From assembly GCF_001194135.2 (NCBI RefSeq), contig NC_068983.1, positions 70,039,822 through 70,103,821 of the forward strand: a stretch of DNA of 64,000 nucleotides, written 5' to 3'. Source of the DNA: Octopus bimaculoides (taxonomy: Eukaryota). Shown here piece after piece: positions 12,698 to 25,675 of the stretch. The position numbers were made by a program, and so were the translations under genes. Positions within the stretch are counted from its first letter, which is position 1. Every line of letters begins with the position of its first letter. Below the pieces are notes generated by a model. The model was not told where the DNA came from. It was given only the letters and a program-made list of their open reading frames with translations, and did not search any database.

Positions 12698-13379
12698 CAT
12701 GGTGTATAATATGTGTGTGTGAACCCAAAGATAGGGGCATTGAGTCAATGAATAGCTAACAATAGTGAACAGGGACATAAAAGTACTGAAGATGATGAAC
12801 AATGATGCAGTAAGGCTACTTTGGGATTGATTCCTAGCTCTTGGCTGACTCTTTGTCTAGGCATTTAGGGTAAACATTTGCGTGTTGAGGTTGTTGCTGT
12901 AGTCTGTCTCCGAATGTAGGAGTTGACATCTCATCAAATGATGAAGCAGCTCTGTAGGTGCATTGGCCTCTTCCACCATTACACCAGAACTGCCCAGGGC
13001 CAGCCACCAATGTAAGTGACAAAACTTCTCCACAACAGCATGAGCTTATTTGAGTCAGGAGTTGTAACTCTGGGTCAAATGTTTTTATCATCATCAATGC
13101 TTGCTCTTGGATTGTCAGTTTCTGGTCATCCCAACTAATTTCTAGCCACTGAGAGGAAAGTTGTTCTATCTTAAAATAGAAAGCATGTTTCTTTCCCTAC
13201 ATCCAATTTCATGCACAAGTGGTAATACATTCATTGGTAATACACTCATTGGAATACAAGTGTATTTCCATTTTTGTTTCATACAAGATTTTGGTTTGAG
13301 AATTCAGTCACACAAACTATTTCAGCTTAAGAACCATTATATACCAATCTTTAAAGGTGTATTATCTAAATGATTGAAG

Positions 13380-13668
13380 AAGTGGATTAAATAGATAACA
13401 TAGACTTTAGAGCTCATAGTTCTACAGGGATGGGTATGAGCAGATGTTACCATCAGGAATTTGGTACTGGCAAATCTAAAGATCCATCCTTCAGTAACAT
13501 GTCAGTGCTAATGACTTAAAAAATAAATCCCACCAAAATTGCACAATATCATACATCTAACTGTTGCATTAATTCTGCAATAATGCTGAGTGACTAAAAC
13601 AACTTTGGAAGAATTTGAACCAAGAACTATAAGACTCTAAATCATAGTAAATCCATTCTAATCCACTT
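13380..13668. repeat. Old foldback/MITE with degenerate arms of about 45 bp (13380-13423 / 13623-13668)
   Basis: aagtggattaaatagataacatagactttagagctcatagttct versus the reverse complement aagtggattagaatggatttactatgatttagagtcttatagttct. Confidence 0.55.
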
Positions 13669-14364
13669 AGGCACAGTATATATTATATTTTTGAAGCCAT
13701 ACCTTGATTTAAATGCCATTGTTGTTGTTGTTGTTTAACCCAAGGTTGGCTTTAGTCAAGCTGACCTATGATGAATGACAATCCAGTTGTGACCATCCAT
13801 TCTTAATTGCTTGATGCAGTGTACCTAGAATTATGCTTATCAAATATGTACTTCCTTTTTTAAAGATGGTTGGGTAAGATTTGAGCAAGAGATGATTTCT
13901 ATTTCTAGTAGACCGAAGAAACCATAAATAAGATTTTCATTTGTTCTTGTGTTGGAATAATTTGTGTGAATGAATCATTGACTTGACATTTTCAAAAAAT
14001 GATTGAAAATGTGACATTTTAAAGTCTGAGTCTCCTATCAATAATGTTTTACAATATTTTATTCATTCAACTATTTTAAAATCCTTTTGGTACCAATTTG
14101 CTTGATATCACTTCTGGTTCTTGGTACAAGCCGCTTGTTTTAAAGTGTTCATATTTGAATTGAAGCCTTGCATCATGTATTTATGAAAGAACCTTTTTTT
14201 TAAGTACCAGTATACGGCTAAATGTACCAATCAATGACTACTGAGTCAAGAAGAAGCCTTAGTGTACTTGTTAAAAACAGCAGACAAGTATCTCTCTAGC
14301 AAAAATATATAATAGTTATGATTAGGCAACTTTTGATCATAGGGTTGCTTGATCATAGACTTTC

Positions 14365-14535
14365 ATCATCATCATCATCATCGTTTAACGTCTGCTTTCC
14401 ATGCTAGCATGGGTTGGACGATTTGACTGAGGACTGGTGAAACCGGATGGCAACACCAGGCTCCAATCTAATTTGGCAGAGTTTCTACAGCTGGATGCCC
14501 TTCCTAACGCCAACCACTCAGAGAGTGTAGTGGGT
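14365..14535 (-). mobile_element. Abundant RTE-tail-type retroposon 3' end, young copy (family C)
   Basis: (CAT)n-cgtttaacgtctgctttccatgctagcatgggttggacgatttgactgagg... is near-identical to copies at 25373, 34706 and 63294-63539. Older copies at about 750, 2770, 4560, 15085, 26275. Confidence 0.85.
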
Positions 14536-16262
14536 AAACACCAACAACAACAGTAACCCAAAAATCTTTATTAGTTTGAAAATTAAATGAAACATAATCA
14601 GTGTATTTCTTTATAAGTATGGTCATGAAAGGTTAAAGCAAATGGAACTGCTACTACCATACTTGCAACTCTGTTAAGAAAACAGTTAAAAACTAGCAAA
14701 ATTACATTTCTCTTTTGCCGTTGGTTTATCATAATAGATTTTTTATATGAAGTACTGTGGGTTTTGAAAAATATAATTTAAGACTTCAGAAAATCCATAA
14801 AAATGTTTAAGTGTTTTGAAAAACCTCTTACTCAATTTTGTTGTGCACAAATATTAGTATAAACCAACTATGCAATAAATTTTTTATGTTTTTTCTACTT
14901 TTTAACTTTACAACAAGGTTTTTTTAACATTCCATGAGAAGTATGCCAGTAATTTTTTTACTTTCCATACAAAGTGTTACTGATAATTTTAACTTGACTC
15001 CCGGTGTGCCACCAGTAATTTTTACTTCATCCCTAATATACCACTAAGTCAAAAAGACTGAAAACCATTGCTTTATGATCTTACATCATCATCATTGTTT
15101 AATGTCCACTTTCCATGCTGGCATGGGTTGAACAGTTTGACTGAGGGCTGGCAAGCCAGAAGGCTGCACCAGGCTCAGCAACCAAATTCCTTCAAACTAA
15201 ACCCTGTCATCTAAATAAAAGGAGAAAACAGTGGATATCCTTGAATCATTGTAGCTGAAAAAGACAAAAAAACAAAAAACAAAAAAAAAAAACAATATGT
15301 GCTGAATGGCTGGAATGTTTTTAATCATATCTCTGCTTGGTCTGTGTAATCTGGGGCAAATCAATAACTAATTGTCATTAAGCTAATATCAATAACCAAA
15401 CTACTATAAGCATTTAATTTTCCTCAGAATTTTTTGAATTGTGGTTTCAAAACTCAGTAACAGACCTTGCGGTGTATCCATGGTACAGTACACTAATGTA
15501 CTTTCCCAGTTCATCTGATATATCTGTTTTATGAATTTATATTTGATTTGATCAGTTGGTATTAAGAAGGATATGCAACCTTACAAACACCTGATGAAAA
15601 ACTCAATACAAAATGTTTAAATTTGTAAACCTCTCCATCTCATACCTGCTAAGGAAAAGGGAAATGGATGTAAAATGAGAAACAAATATAAATGTAAATA
15701 TAACTGTTTACTCTGTCCCTTCTAATCTCATGGAATGGAATCTAGCAAACTGACAGCTGAATTAATTGCACAGAAATAACAACTCTTTTTGCCTCCTGAT
15801 TAATGTGATGGTTTGTTGTCTTTATAAAATCTTCTATTTATTCAAAGCTGTCACAGGAAGAAATTGGATAAGGTTAAAATAGCATGGATAAAGAATAAAC
15901 AATGCTTTCGTACAGTGGTTTGATAATTGCCAACTTTAACATGTCTTTCAGAAAACTACCTGGGAAATTTAGCATTACACGAGCCCACAGACCCATCGTA
16001 CAGTTTGTGTTATTGTTTTGATTTATTTCTTACTCAAACATTCAAGTGGTTGTTACTCTTACTTTTCATCTTAAATCCTCAAATCACATTAGTATGTTGC
16101 TGATATCTCACCTATCAACCTTAGAAAACTCATGGAACATAAAAATATTGTTCTCTTAAAGAACTTGGATCATAAATTGATAAAGATGGAGAATACTTCC
16201 TTCCTCCATCTCTGTCTGTCTGTCTATCTATTTATATTATGCATACATGAATACATACACAC

Positions 16263-16312
<50 letters not shown>

Positions 16313-16799
16313 TCATATGTATAAATATAGGCAAATCGAAAATAAAAATAAAAACAAAACAACAAATGTATTAGGTTGACATTCAGTTGGGAAAAAAGAG
16401 GGGATGGCTTTTTATCAGAAAGAGGGAAGAGGAAAAGAAGAAATAGTCCAAGAAAAGCATGTGTATGATTACATGGCATATATNNNNNNNNNNNNNNNNN
16501 NNNNNNNNNNNNNNNNNNNNNNNNNNNNNNNNNNNNNNNNNNTATGAAGTTGCATAGCATATTGGTTAGGCAACTTAGCTCTCAAGTGTAAGGTTGTGGG
16601 TTTCATCCCTAATCAAAGAGGTATATTGTATCCTTGAGCAAGGCACTTCACTTCTCATTATTCCAGTCCACTCTGCTGAAAATGGGTACTACCTAGCTGC
16701 TATTGGTACTCTTGTCATATATATGCCATGGAAACCAAGATAATATTCTGATTTGCTGAGACTGAAGGCTCTTGACAAACCTATTTTATCTTCAACATT

Positions 16800-17165
16800 G
16801 TTATCATCATCCTCATCATTTAACATCTGCTTTCCATGCTGGTATGGGTTAGACGGTTTGACTGGTACTGGTAAGCTGGAGAGCTGCACCAGGTTCCCGT
16901 CTGATTTGGTATGGTTTCTATGGCTGGATGCCCTTCCTAACACCAACCACTCTGAGAGTGTAATGGGTGCTTTCTACGTGACACTGGTATGGGTGCTATT
17001 TACATGACATCGATAACAGCCATGACTGCAATTTCACAGGTGCCATTTACATTACACTGGCAACAGCCACGATTATGGTTTCACTTGGCCTTACGAGTCT
17101 TCTCAAGCACAGCGTATCACCAAAAGTCTTTGTTACTAGTCATTACCTCTGTGAGGCCCAACATC
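16800..17165 (-). mobile_element. Family C retroposon tail, longer diverged copy
   Basis: Shares the catcatttaacatctgctttccatgctggtatgggtt...ggatgcccttcctaacaccaaccactctgagagtgtaatgggtgc motifs. Confidence 0.75.
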
Positions 17166-17521
17166 CATTTATTTATACTATTTTATAATATTGAATATCT
17201 TGTATTCTTAAATTTATATTTAATTGGTTAATTTAAGTTCCTAAAATCTTTTTTTAACAATTCTTCCTTCTTGTTATTTATTTTTTGTAGAGAATACCTC
17301 TTCTTATACAATTCATGTTTACAATTCCCATGTAGTCTTAGAAATGTACATATGTATGAATATGTGTATGTCTGTGTGTTTTGTGTTTGAACTCTTTCTA
17401 TAAAGAAGTGAGTACCTTCTGATCAGGAAACAGTATCACAGTATTAGAATTTAGATAGCAGTAATGATGAAATTCTACATATTGAAGTATTCTCTTTTGC
17501 ATATTTTTGCTGTTCTGCTTA

Positions 17522-17835
17522 CACCTACTCCTCGACTTATGACCGAGTTCCATTCTGACTGACAGGTCATAAGTTGATCTGGTCGTATGTCGGATTTATA
17601 TTTTTCAACACTATTGTCATTCAAACGCAACTGATGCTTGAAAGTGACTGAGTAAAAGACAGTGGCAGGCAGTGGATACCTGGGTCTGAGGGAGGCTTGT
17701 GTTGCCAAATGCAGCCATAGTTATTGTACATACAGCTGCCCAACGTCTGAAAATCAATTATCTATTTATTTATTTTTTGTGGTCATTAGTGTGGATGATC
17801 GTAAATTGAATAGGTTGTAAGTTGAGGAGAAGGTG
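17522..17835. mobile_element. Tc1/mariner-superfamily (pogo/Tigger-like) MITE, 314 bp
   Basis: TIRs cacctactcctcgacttatgacc / ggttgtaagttgaggagaaggtg, TA duplications at 17520-17521 and 17836-17837, and subterminal repeats of ggtcgtaagtcg-like motifs. Confidence 0.8.
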
Positions 17836-18319
17836 TATATATATTTTGCATTTGCATAGTGTGTGTGAGTTGGTAATTCTCTTTGACAATCCTTTCTTTT
17901 TTTAGATTGCAACTTTTGGATCACGTCTTGGGAGTTTCAAAGCAGCTGTTTATTTTACCCATTTCATATTTTGTAGCTAGTTGATGTTCTTGTATTGCGA
18001 AAGTACAGATATTGAAATATAGTCTTGTAGCCATGGGTACAAGAGAGGTTATACTTCCTGTCAATATTTGCATCATGCATAAGTTAATGTGAGGCATATC
18101 CATGTGTAACTATTTTATATACAAATGTATGTATATACATATGTATGTATGTTCATAGACGTATAACATGTGTATGCTTTGCTAAATGTTTATTTCAGTG
18201 CTTCTTCACAGAAAATAGACAAATAATACAGTGACAAGACTTCCTTGTGTCAAGATAGTTCCAGAAGCGTGAGAACAAATGAGTGCAAATTAATGACTGT
18301 GTATGTGTGCTTGTGTGTT

Positions 18320-18363
<44 letters not shown>

Positions 18364-18676
18364 TGTAGATGCAAGCACTCATGAAATGAGTGTGTGTATC
18401 TCATTAGTACATCTCTGTATTAAAGATATGTACATACAAACATAGCATTTAATGTATGTATGCATTATGTGCACGTGTTTGTGTGCATACATGCATTCTG
18501 TGAGACTCAAATGGAGAATCTTTGGAAATTTTTTTTAAATAAGAGAGTATTGTAGTTTGCTTGAAGCATTGTGTATTGTTTGTAAACAATAAAAAGTTTT
18601 GAATGGTACAACAATGCACTATAATACAAAAATGGACTATATACCTGTTGTAATTCCATAGTCTGATGATGTTTCA

Positions 18677-19080
18677 GAGTGGCTGTGTGGTAAGTAGCTT
18701 GCTTATGAACCACATGGTTCCGGGTTCAGTCCCACTGCGTGGCACCTTGGGCAAGTGTCTTCTACTATAGCCTCGGGCCGACCAAAGCCTTGAGAGTGGA
18801 TTTGGTAGACGGAAACTGAAAGAAGCCCGTCATATATATGTATATGTATATATATATATATGTGTGTGTTTGTGTGTCTGTGTTTGTTCCCCCAACATCA
18901 CTTGACAACCGATGCTGGTGTGTTTACATCCCTGTAACTTAGCAGTTCGGCAAAAGAGACCGATAGAATAAGTACTAGGCTTACAAAGAATAAGTCCTGG
19001 GGTCGATTTTCTCGACTAAAGGTGGTGCTCCAGCATGGGCACAGTCAGATGACTGAAACAAGTAAAAGAGTAAAAGAGTA
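18677..19080 (+). mobile_element. Full-length tRNA-derived SINE with CORE-like central domain (family A)
   Basis: Head gagtggctgtgtggtaagtagcttgc...ggttccgggttcagtccc, then ccttgggcaagtgtcttctactatagcctcgggccgaccaaagcc, an internal microsatellite and a (gtaaaaga)n tail. Confidence 0.9.
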
Positions 19081-19451
19081 CCACTAATCAGTTGGCTTTG
19101 GGGGATGCAAATGAGCTTGCTTTGTTCTTTCTTGGAAAACTCCAGCATTTCCTGGTTCTTATGGTGTTATGTAATGCATCACATCCATGACAATAGGTAC
19201 AAGTGGGAATCTATTGCCACGTTATTAGATCTTTAAGTTCTGCATTAATTTACAATTGATTATCTCTATCGCTGCAACTTTAGGTGAGACGTATTTGAGT
19301 GTGTGTGCATGCATGCATATCAGAATAGTTTAAGGCGTTTACTTTGCAGCATATATCCTATATCAAAGCTTCAGGTTGGCCTAAGGCTTGTGAGTAGAGT
19401 TCAGTTGATGGTAGCCCTTGATAATTGTTCAGAAGTACATCTCACACTCTC

Positions 19452-19452
<1 letters not shown>

Positions 19453-19516
<64 letters not shown>

Positions 19517-19538
19517 TTGCCTGTTTGTCTGTCTGTCT
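19453..19538. repeat. (CTGT)n microsatellite; one of many (TA)n, (CA)n, (TATG)n, (CAT)n, (ATT)n, (GA)n, (TTC)n tracts
   Basis: Directly visible; such tracts generate most of the listed low-complexity ORFs. Confidence 0.95.
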
Positions 19539-20196
19539 CTCTTATATATACATATGAATAGATTTATAGTCTCTGTTTGAGATCCATCTTTCATGTTTCT
19601 ATGGGCAAAGCTAAGACTTTCCTAGTGATAGATCACTGAAGTGTAGCTAATTTTATGGTTCACATGCTCATCCTGTCAACCAGTTCAGTGAAGCATTAAC
19701 CATAAATAAATCTTGAAATGAAAGATGATAAATAATAAACTAGCTGATTGATAATAGTCATTTGGGAAGAACACCATGAATAAAGCCATGAAATATTTTG
19801 ATTTTTCCCCTGATTACATTTATTCTTCTGTAAAAACGTATAGTATAGAAAATTGGTAATTTCCACTGAGAAGAGAAAATATAAATTTCTAATGCTGTGT
19901 AAACTTATTAATCTTTTGTTCATAAGCAATTTATTAACTATCCAAAACCCCATAAAGCAAGACCAATCAGCACTTGAAAAATATTTGTAAAGTGAGGCTT
20001 GATGGTTTATTTTGAGAAGAGAAGAGTTCAGTATTTTGTGTTGTGCTCCTTTTTGCTGTGGAAAAAGAATTACCACCACAAGCCTTCTGATAGTCGTGAT
20101 ACAAGATTAAAAACAACAGCAAAAAAGAAAAACAATTAATTTACTATATTTATGTTTAAAGCATTGTAGTCTTCTACATCAAAACTATATGTACAT

Positions 20197-20432
20197 ATGA
20201 AGTAGTTGTATGCTGTCAACTTAATGTGACAGTCCCCTGAAGGGAATAATACTACTGTTGGTGAGACCTCCTTAGCTGGGTGGAGGTGCTTGTCTCCCAC
20301 TTGTAAACATAAGGACACAGGAAATGTGTCAAGGCCAGCAGGAAACGGTGCAGCTTCGTAGGTCTCACCAACAGTAGTATTATTCCCTTCAGGGGACTGT
20401 CACATTAAATTGACAGTATACAACTACTTCAT
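20197..20432. repeat. Foldback element with 73-bp arms (20197-20269 / 20360-20432, 2 mismatches) and a structured 90-bp spacer
   Basis: Manual alignment. The direct repeat CAT (or CATAT) flanks both ends. Confidence 0.9.
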
Positions 20433-20828
20433 CATATCACTACTGCATAAATCTCTCTGAGAGATTTAGAAATGTATTATTTCTAAATATATGTACATAT
20501 ACACTGACACACACACATACACACACGCACACAAACACAATGTTTTAAGTATATATATATGCATATGCATGCACACACACACATGCACATTCAAATACAT
20601 ATCTTTATTATATGTATTAAAAAAAATTAGCAATCTAATAGAATTTAACCTTGCAGCAGTTACAATCTGCCACTGGGCATAACTCAAGTAGGCTGGTATT
20701 TTCTAATACAATAAATATAGCTTTCCACTTTATACCACATATTGAGTCCTACATAAGATAATGTTTGTGTGATATATAAACATATACTAGTGTATGTTTT
20801 ACAAATCTTACAATAATAATAATGTTAC

Positions 20829-20868
<40 letters not shown>

Positions 20869-20870
20869 GA

Positions 20871-21082
20871 AGGTGGTGAGCTGGCAGAATCATTAACGTG
20901 CTGGATGAAATGTTTAACGGTTTTTCACCCATTGCTATATTCTGAGTTCAAATTCCACCGAGGTCAACTTTGTCTTTCATCCTTTTGGGGTTGATAAATT
21001 AAGTACCAGTGAAACACCGGGGTTGAAGTAATCAACTAACCCCTTCCCTCAAATTTCAGGCATTGTGCCTATAATAGAAGGG

Positions 21083-21083
<1 letters not shown>
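20871..21083 (+). mobile_element. tRNA-derived SINE family B. Other copies at about 28415-28600(+), 39740-39830(+), 47866-47953(+), 50930-51150(-)
   Basis: ggtggtgagctggcagaatcattaac...ttctgagttcaaattccaccgaggtcaactttgtctttcatccttttggggttgataaattaagtaccagt. Confidence 0.85.
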
Positions 21084-21114
<31 letters not shown>

Positions 21115-21321
21115 TTTAACAATTATGTTTCTATGCTGGCAGATTTAGCAGATTTTCTAGAGTTGGATGCCCATACAGTTTGCATATTCTTAACTGTTTG
21201 TAAGCAAGGTAATATTTCCCAATAGCCAGATATATTTATGCAGAATATTGGAAATGAATTACGCTGCTTGTATGACAGTAGCAGTGTATACATGCATACA
21301 CACACACACATGCACACATGC

Positions 21322-21531
21322 ATACATACATGGTGGTTGTCTACTCCTTACACAGAGTTTGACCACCTCCTGCACCTACACCTTAGCCCCTTCATGGCGT
21401 CTGATGTGGCTTTTTAAACCAGACAATGTTCTGAAAAAACACCCACACAGATTGCACATCTGATTTGAACTACCAATACCTGCAGATAAGTTCTGCTCAT
21501 TGTGGATCTTAACATGTCTTTTAAGATCCCC
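21322..21531 (-). mobile_element. LINE (RTE-type) 3' terminus encoding C2H2 zinc fingers
   Basis: GDLKRHVKIH...CNLCGCFFRTLSGLKSHIRRHEGAKV* (C-x2-C-x12-H-x3-H). It is bounded by (TATG)n upstream and has a short tail. Confidence 0.55.
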
Positions 21532-21552
21532 ATACATACATACATACATACA

Positions 21553-21587
<35 letters not shown>

Positions 21588-21608
21588 GTGTGTGTGTATA
21601 CGCAATGT

Positions 21609-21766
21609 GCTTCTTTCAGTTTCTCTCAACCAAATCTACTCACAAGGCATTGGTCAACCAGGGTCTATAGTGAAAGATACTTAACCAAGGGACCATGTCC
21701 TGGAACTAACCTGAGACCATATGACTGAGAAGCAAATTTCTAAACCACACAACCATGCCCATGCCT
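21609..21766 (-). mobile_element. Family A SINE, 5' half. Similar partial copies at about 9150-9302, 29085-29235, 44528-44682, 55165-55290 (all -)
   Basis: Reverse complement of the family A head and CORE-like region. Confidence 0.75.
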
Positions 21767-22084
21767 ATATTTATCTATCTATGCGCGTGTGTGCACACAC
21801 ACACACACACACATGCATACACATACAGATATAACAGATTCCTGTATATTTTCCCACCCAAAATACTTTACTAACAGGGCATTGATTAATCCAAATCTAT
21901 GATAGAAACTGTTTGCCCTGGAGCCATACTGTGAGATTGAAGAGGTTGGACCAGAGCCCTGTTGTTGTGAAGTTGGCTCCTTTAACATGACCATGCCATA
22001 AACCTATATTTTTACTTTCCATATTCTGTTTGGTGTAAGAAGAAATGTCTCTGACTGATAAAAATCACTAATTGAGCAGTTCTT

Positions 22085-22335
22085 CTTTTTCTATAACATG
22101 CTGGCACCACATAAAAAGTACCCATGCCAGTACCACATAAAATCGCCTGGGTTAGTACCATATAAAAGGTACCCAGCTCACTCTGTAAAGTGGTTGGTGT
22201 TTGGAAGGGCATCCAGCTGTAGAGACCCAGCCAAAGCAGAGGGGGACCTGGTGCAGCTCTCCACCTTACCAGCTCTGGTAAAATCATCCAACCCATGCCA
22301 GCATGGAAAACAGACATTGAAGGAAGATGATGATG
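22085..22335 (+). mobile_element. Family C retroposon tail
   Basis: ...ggaagggcatccagctgtagag...caacccatgccagcatggaaaacagacattgaaggaagatgatgatg. Confidence 0.75.
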
Positions 22336-22997
22336 AATATTTTAGAGTGGGTGCTTTCAAATGTCAGCAAATTAAAAGCAGTGTTAATTTGAAATATTTG
22401 TTCTGTTGATTGGTCGTCTAAGTCATCTACGAAATATGTTTCAAAGACCTAAGACATAAAAGATATTTAGTAACATTTAACTTCCAAAAAGCCAACTGCT
22501 CTTTTTATAACGATAAAATCCTGAATGCAAGGAAACTCAATGTAATGTTCTGTGATAGCAACAATCAGTCCATAGTAGAGATCTAGGAGAGTTTTATAAG
22601 TTCAGTAGTATTGGGGAGTGAAGAATCTAAAACTCTATTTCTTAATTGACATATTTTGCTATCGCAGTATGTTATGGTGTAATTAAAGCAATCCTTGCCA
22701 AACCCAGTTACATTTTGAGATGGTATTTAATCAACTCATCACTAAAAATAGATATTTTCTCCTCTACTATTGCAACAATTCATTTAACATTTATCTTATA
22801 TCCACCACACACACACATACACACACTAAAAAATGTGTGTGCGTGCATTATTTTGATGAGTAGCAATGTCTGATAGCCTTCAATGGATATATAAATATGT
22901 GTGTGTGTGTATGCATGCATTTACTATATACATATATGTATGTAAATATATGCATATATATGTTTATATATGTGTGTATGTGTGTATATATATATGA

Positions 22998-23062
<65 letters not shown>

Positions 23063-25372
23063 TTTATGTATGTGTGTGTGTCCAACCCATGTCAGCATGG
23101 AAAACGAAGATTAAAGGATGATGATGATGATATGTATGTATGCAAATGTGTGTGTGGAGATGGACATGTTCATCTGTGAGGAGGTGTAACAATGCCCACA
23201 ACTCTTTTAGGTTTTCCTAGAATTTGAAGATATGGACAACTGTGTGAAGTTGAAATTAATAGAACTAATATTCACTCCACTAATGTATGTATTGTTGGAG
23301 TATAAGGTGATTCAATAAAAAATGAGAGAAATTAGGCCAGTTTCTATACACAGTTGCAGCCAACCATTGTGGCATAAACTGAAAATGACATACAAAGATA
23401 TATAACTACATACATGCACAAACCTACATATGTACACACTCTATCACTTGTTTGCATACACAAACACTCATACATAAATAAATACAATGTTCTCCATCAC
23501 TCAGTCTTATGTTTGCTGTCATCTACTCTTAAGCTAAGTTCTGAGATTATTTGCTTAACTTCATCTTTAAATATAAATTTGATGTCTTTTCCAGTATAAT
23601 TGATGTTAACAGAGACACTTTAGGAAGGTACCAAATATAGATTTCAAACGATAGTGTATTATCTAAGCTGCAAAGGTAAAATAACTTCATCTTATGAAGA
23701 CAATCTGGTATGAAATTCATTTTATATATTTTTCAAAATCTTTTTCTTAAGTAAATGAAAGTGGTAAGTCAAATTTAGTGGTGAAGAGTTCAGAGCTGAG
23801 CTAAATTTACTTCCCAGACCTAATTCCTGGTGGGAACCATTTCATTTGGCTTGCATTTCTAATACTTTTGGGAAAGTCATAAACATTTTAAGTGGCATTC
23901 AAATCAGCTGAAAGTTTTCTGTTTATCTAAAGAAAGAAAGTAACTGGAAACTGCTTCGTATCAAGTTATGTGTAGAAGCAGCAGACAAGCTTTAACCATC
24001 CTTGACCATATTCCAAATAAAATATGCAGTACATGTTTTTCATTTTATTTTGAATATAATCAAGAATTTGGAGTAATTTAGTAAAATAATTAACATTTAT
24101 ATAATAAGGCTGGTGTTTGGAGTATAATTTAATGAAAGTTTCATACATGAAATTATGATGGGAAATTTAAATGTTAACATTTACAGATGAGAGGTAGTTG
24201 TAGGTTGGTTGGTATGAAAAGGGTTAATTACTGTACAAAGCATAAGTATTAGTCTTTGTTAACTGACAAAAGCTTCAAACCAATATCTTTAAGGATTTAA
24301 GTATTCTGGATTAACATACAATGTTTTTAGCATTATTTGTTCTTGAAGCTTAATGTTTTGAGTTCCTTTTCTGAATTGGAGTAAGAACATTAAGAACTTT
24401 ATGCAACTAATATCTATTTTGGATGGACTTTGTCAAGAAGATTATAACTGATGGAGATTATATGTTTATTAATTTTTTTTACAATAATATAGTAAGTAGC
24501 TATATGGGAAAGATGAAATTTCACTAATAGTGACTATATAGTACAGGGAATAGAATTAATAAATGTTTTGCTGTACTTTAATTCTAAGAGCATTGAAGAT
24601 TCTAGGAGCTGTTTTAATTCTTAACATAGATTGGTCTAGAGATGGTGACTACCTGAACTAACTAAAGAATGGAGAAGTGGTAGAGTTAGGCAAGTTAGAA
24701 ATCATAGAAGACGTATTATGAGAACATACTACTGATCTAATATTTCTCTTTTCAAACATTAACATCATTTTAGTTGTGGTCATTGATTTAGAAGAGCTTC
24801 ATTTTGAAGTGATTATCATCAATTATTCGGGTTGTTAAATATTAGAATATCGACTGCTACTTAACCTTTTACGAAATATATTCCACAACAAATTATATCA
24901 TAATCTACTGATTAGCAGATAGTATAATTAATGGTGACTTTGTTCTTAGTTTTAAACACTTCCTTATAATTCTGCTATTTTTCTTTATGAACTTCTTCAA
25001 TTTACAAAATCATAATGCCATAAAAAATCGTTGCCGTGTTTGTAGTTTCAAGAAAAGAATCAAAATGTAAATAGTAGGTTTCACATTGTAACATTTATTT
25101 ATTCAATTTATTGAAAGAAGCTGGACAAGCATATGTCTGAGTTGGAATTTGTATAAGTTATGTTTGCTACAACTTCACAGATACCATTTCCTTGCACTCT
25201 TCAATGAAACTAAAAGTTTTATATATTTGAGATCATCAAAACTGGAAGTTTTTTCATCTAAATTCAGATTGTCATCTCTCATAGGCCTGGTATCAACTAT
25301 ATTGCTTCATTACAATATATGATTTATATATCTACAATCAATATGCTGGGCTATAATATCTTTAAATATACA

Positions 25373-25675
25373 TCATCGTTTAACGTCCGCTTTCCATGCT
25401 AGCATGGGTTGGACGATTTGACTGAAGACTGGTGAACCAGATGGCTACACCAGGCTCCAATCTGATTTGGCTGAGTTTCTACAGCTGGATACCCTTCCNN
25501 NNNNNNNNCTCCAATCTGATTTGGCTGAGTTTCTACAGCTGGATACCCTTCCTAATGCCAACCACTCCGAGAATGTAGTGGGTGCTTTTACGTGCCACCG
25601 GCACGAAGGCCAGTCAGGTGGTACTGGCAATGGCCATGCTCAGGCAACGGCCACGCTCGGCAACGGCCACGTTCT
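25373..25675 (-). mobile_element. Family C retroposon tail, young copy, with a 44-bp duplication across a 10-N gap
   Basis: Near-identical to 34706-35030. Confidence 0.85.

Noticed and set aside
25455-25552. Exact 44-bp direct repeat
   Set aside because: The copies flank a 10-N gap, which indicates an unmerged contig overlap (assembly artefact).
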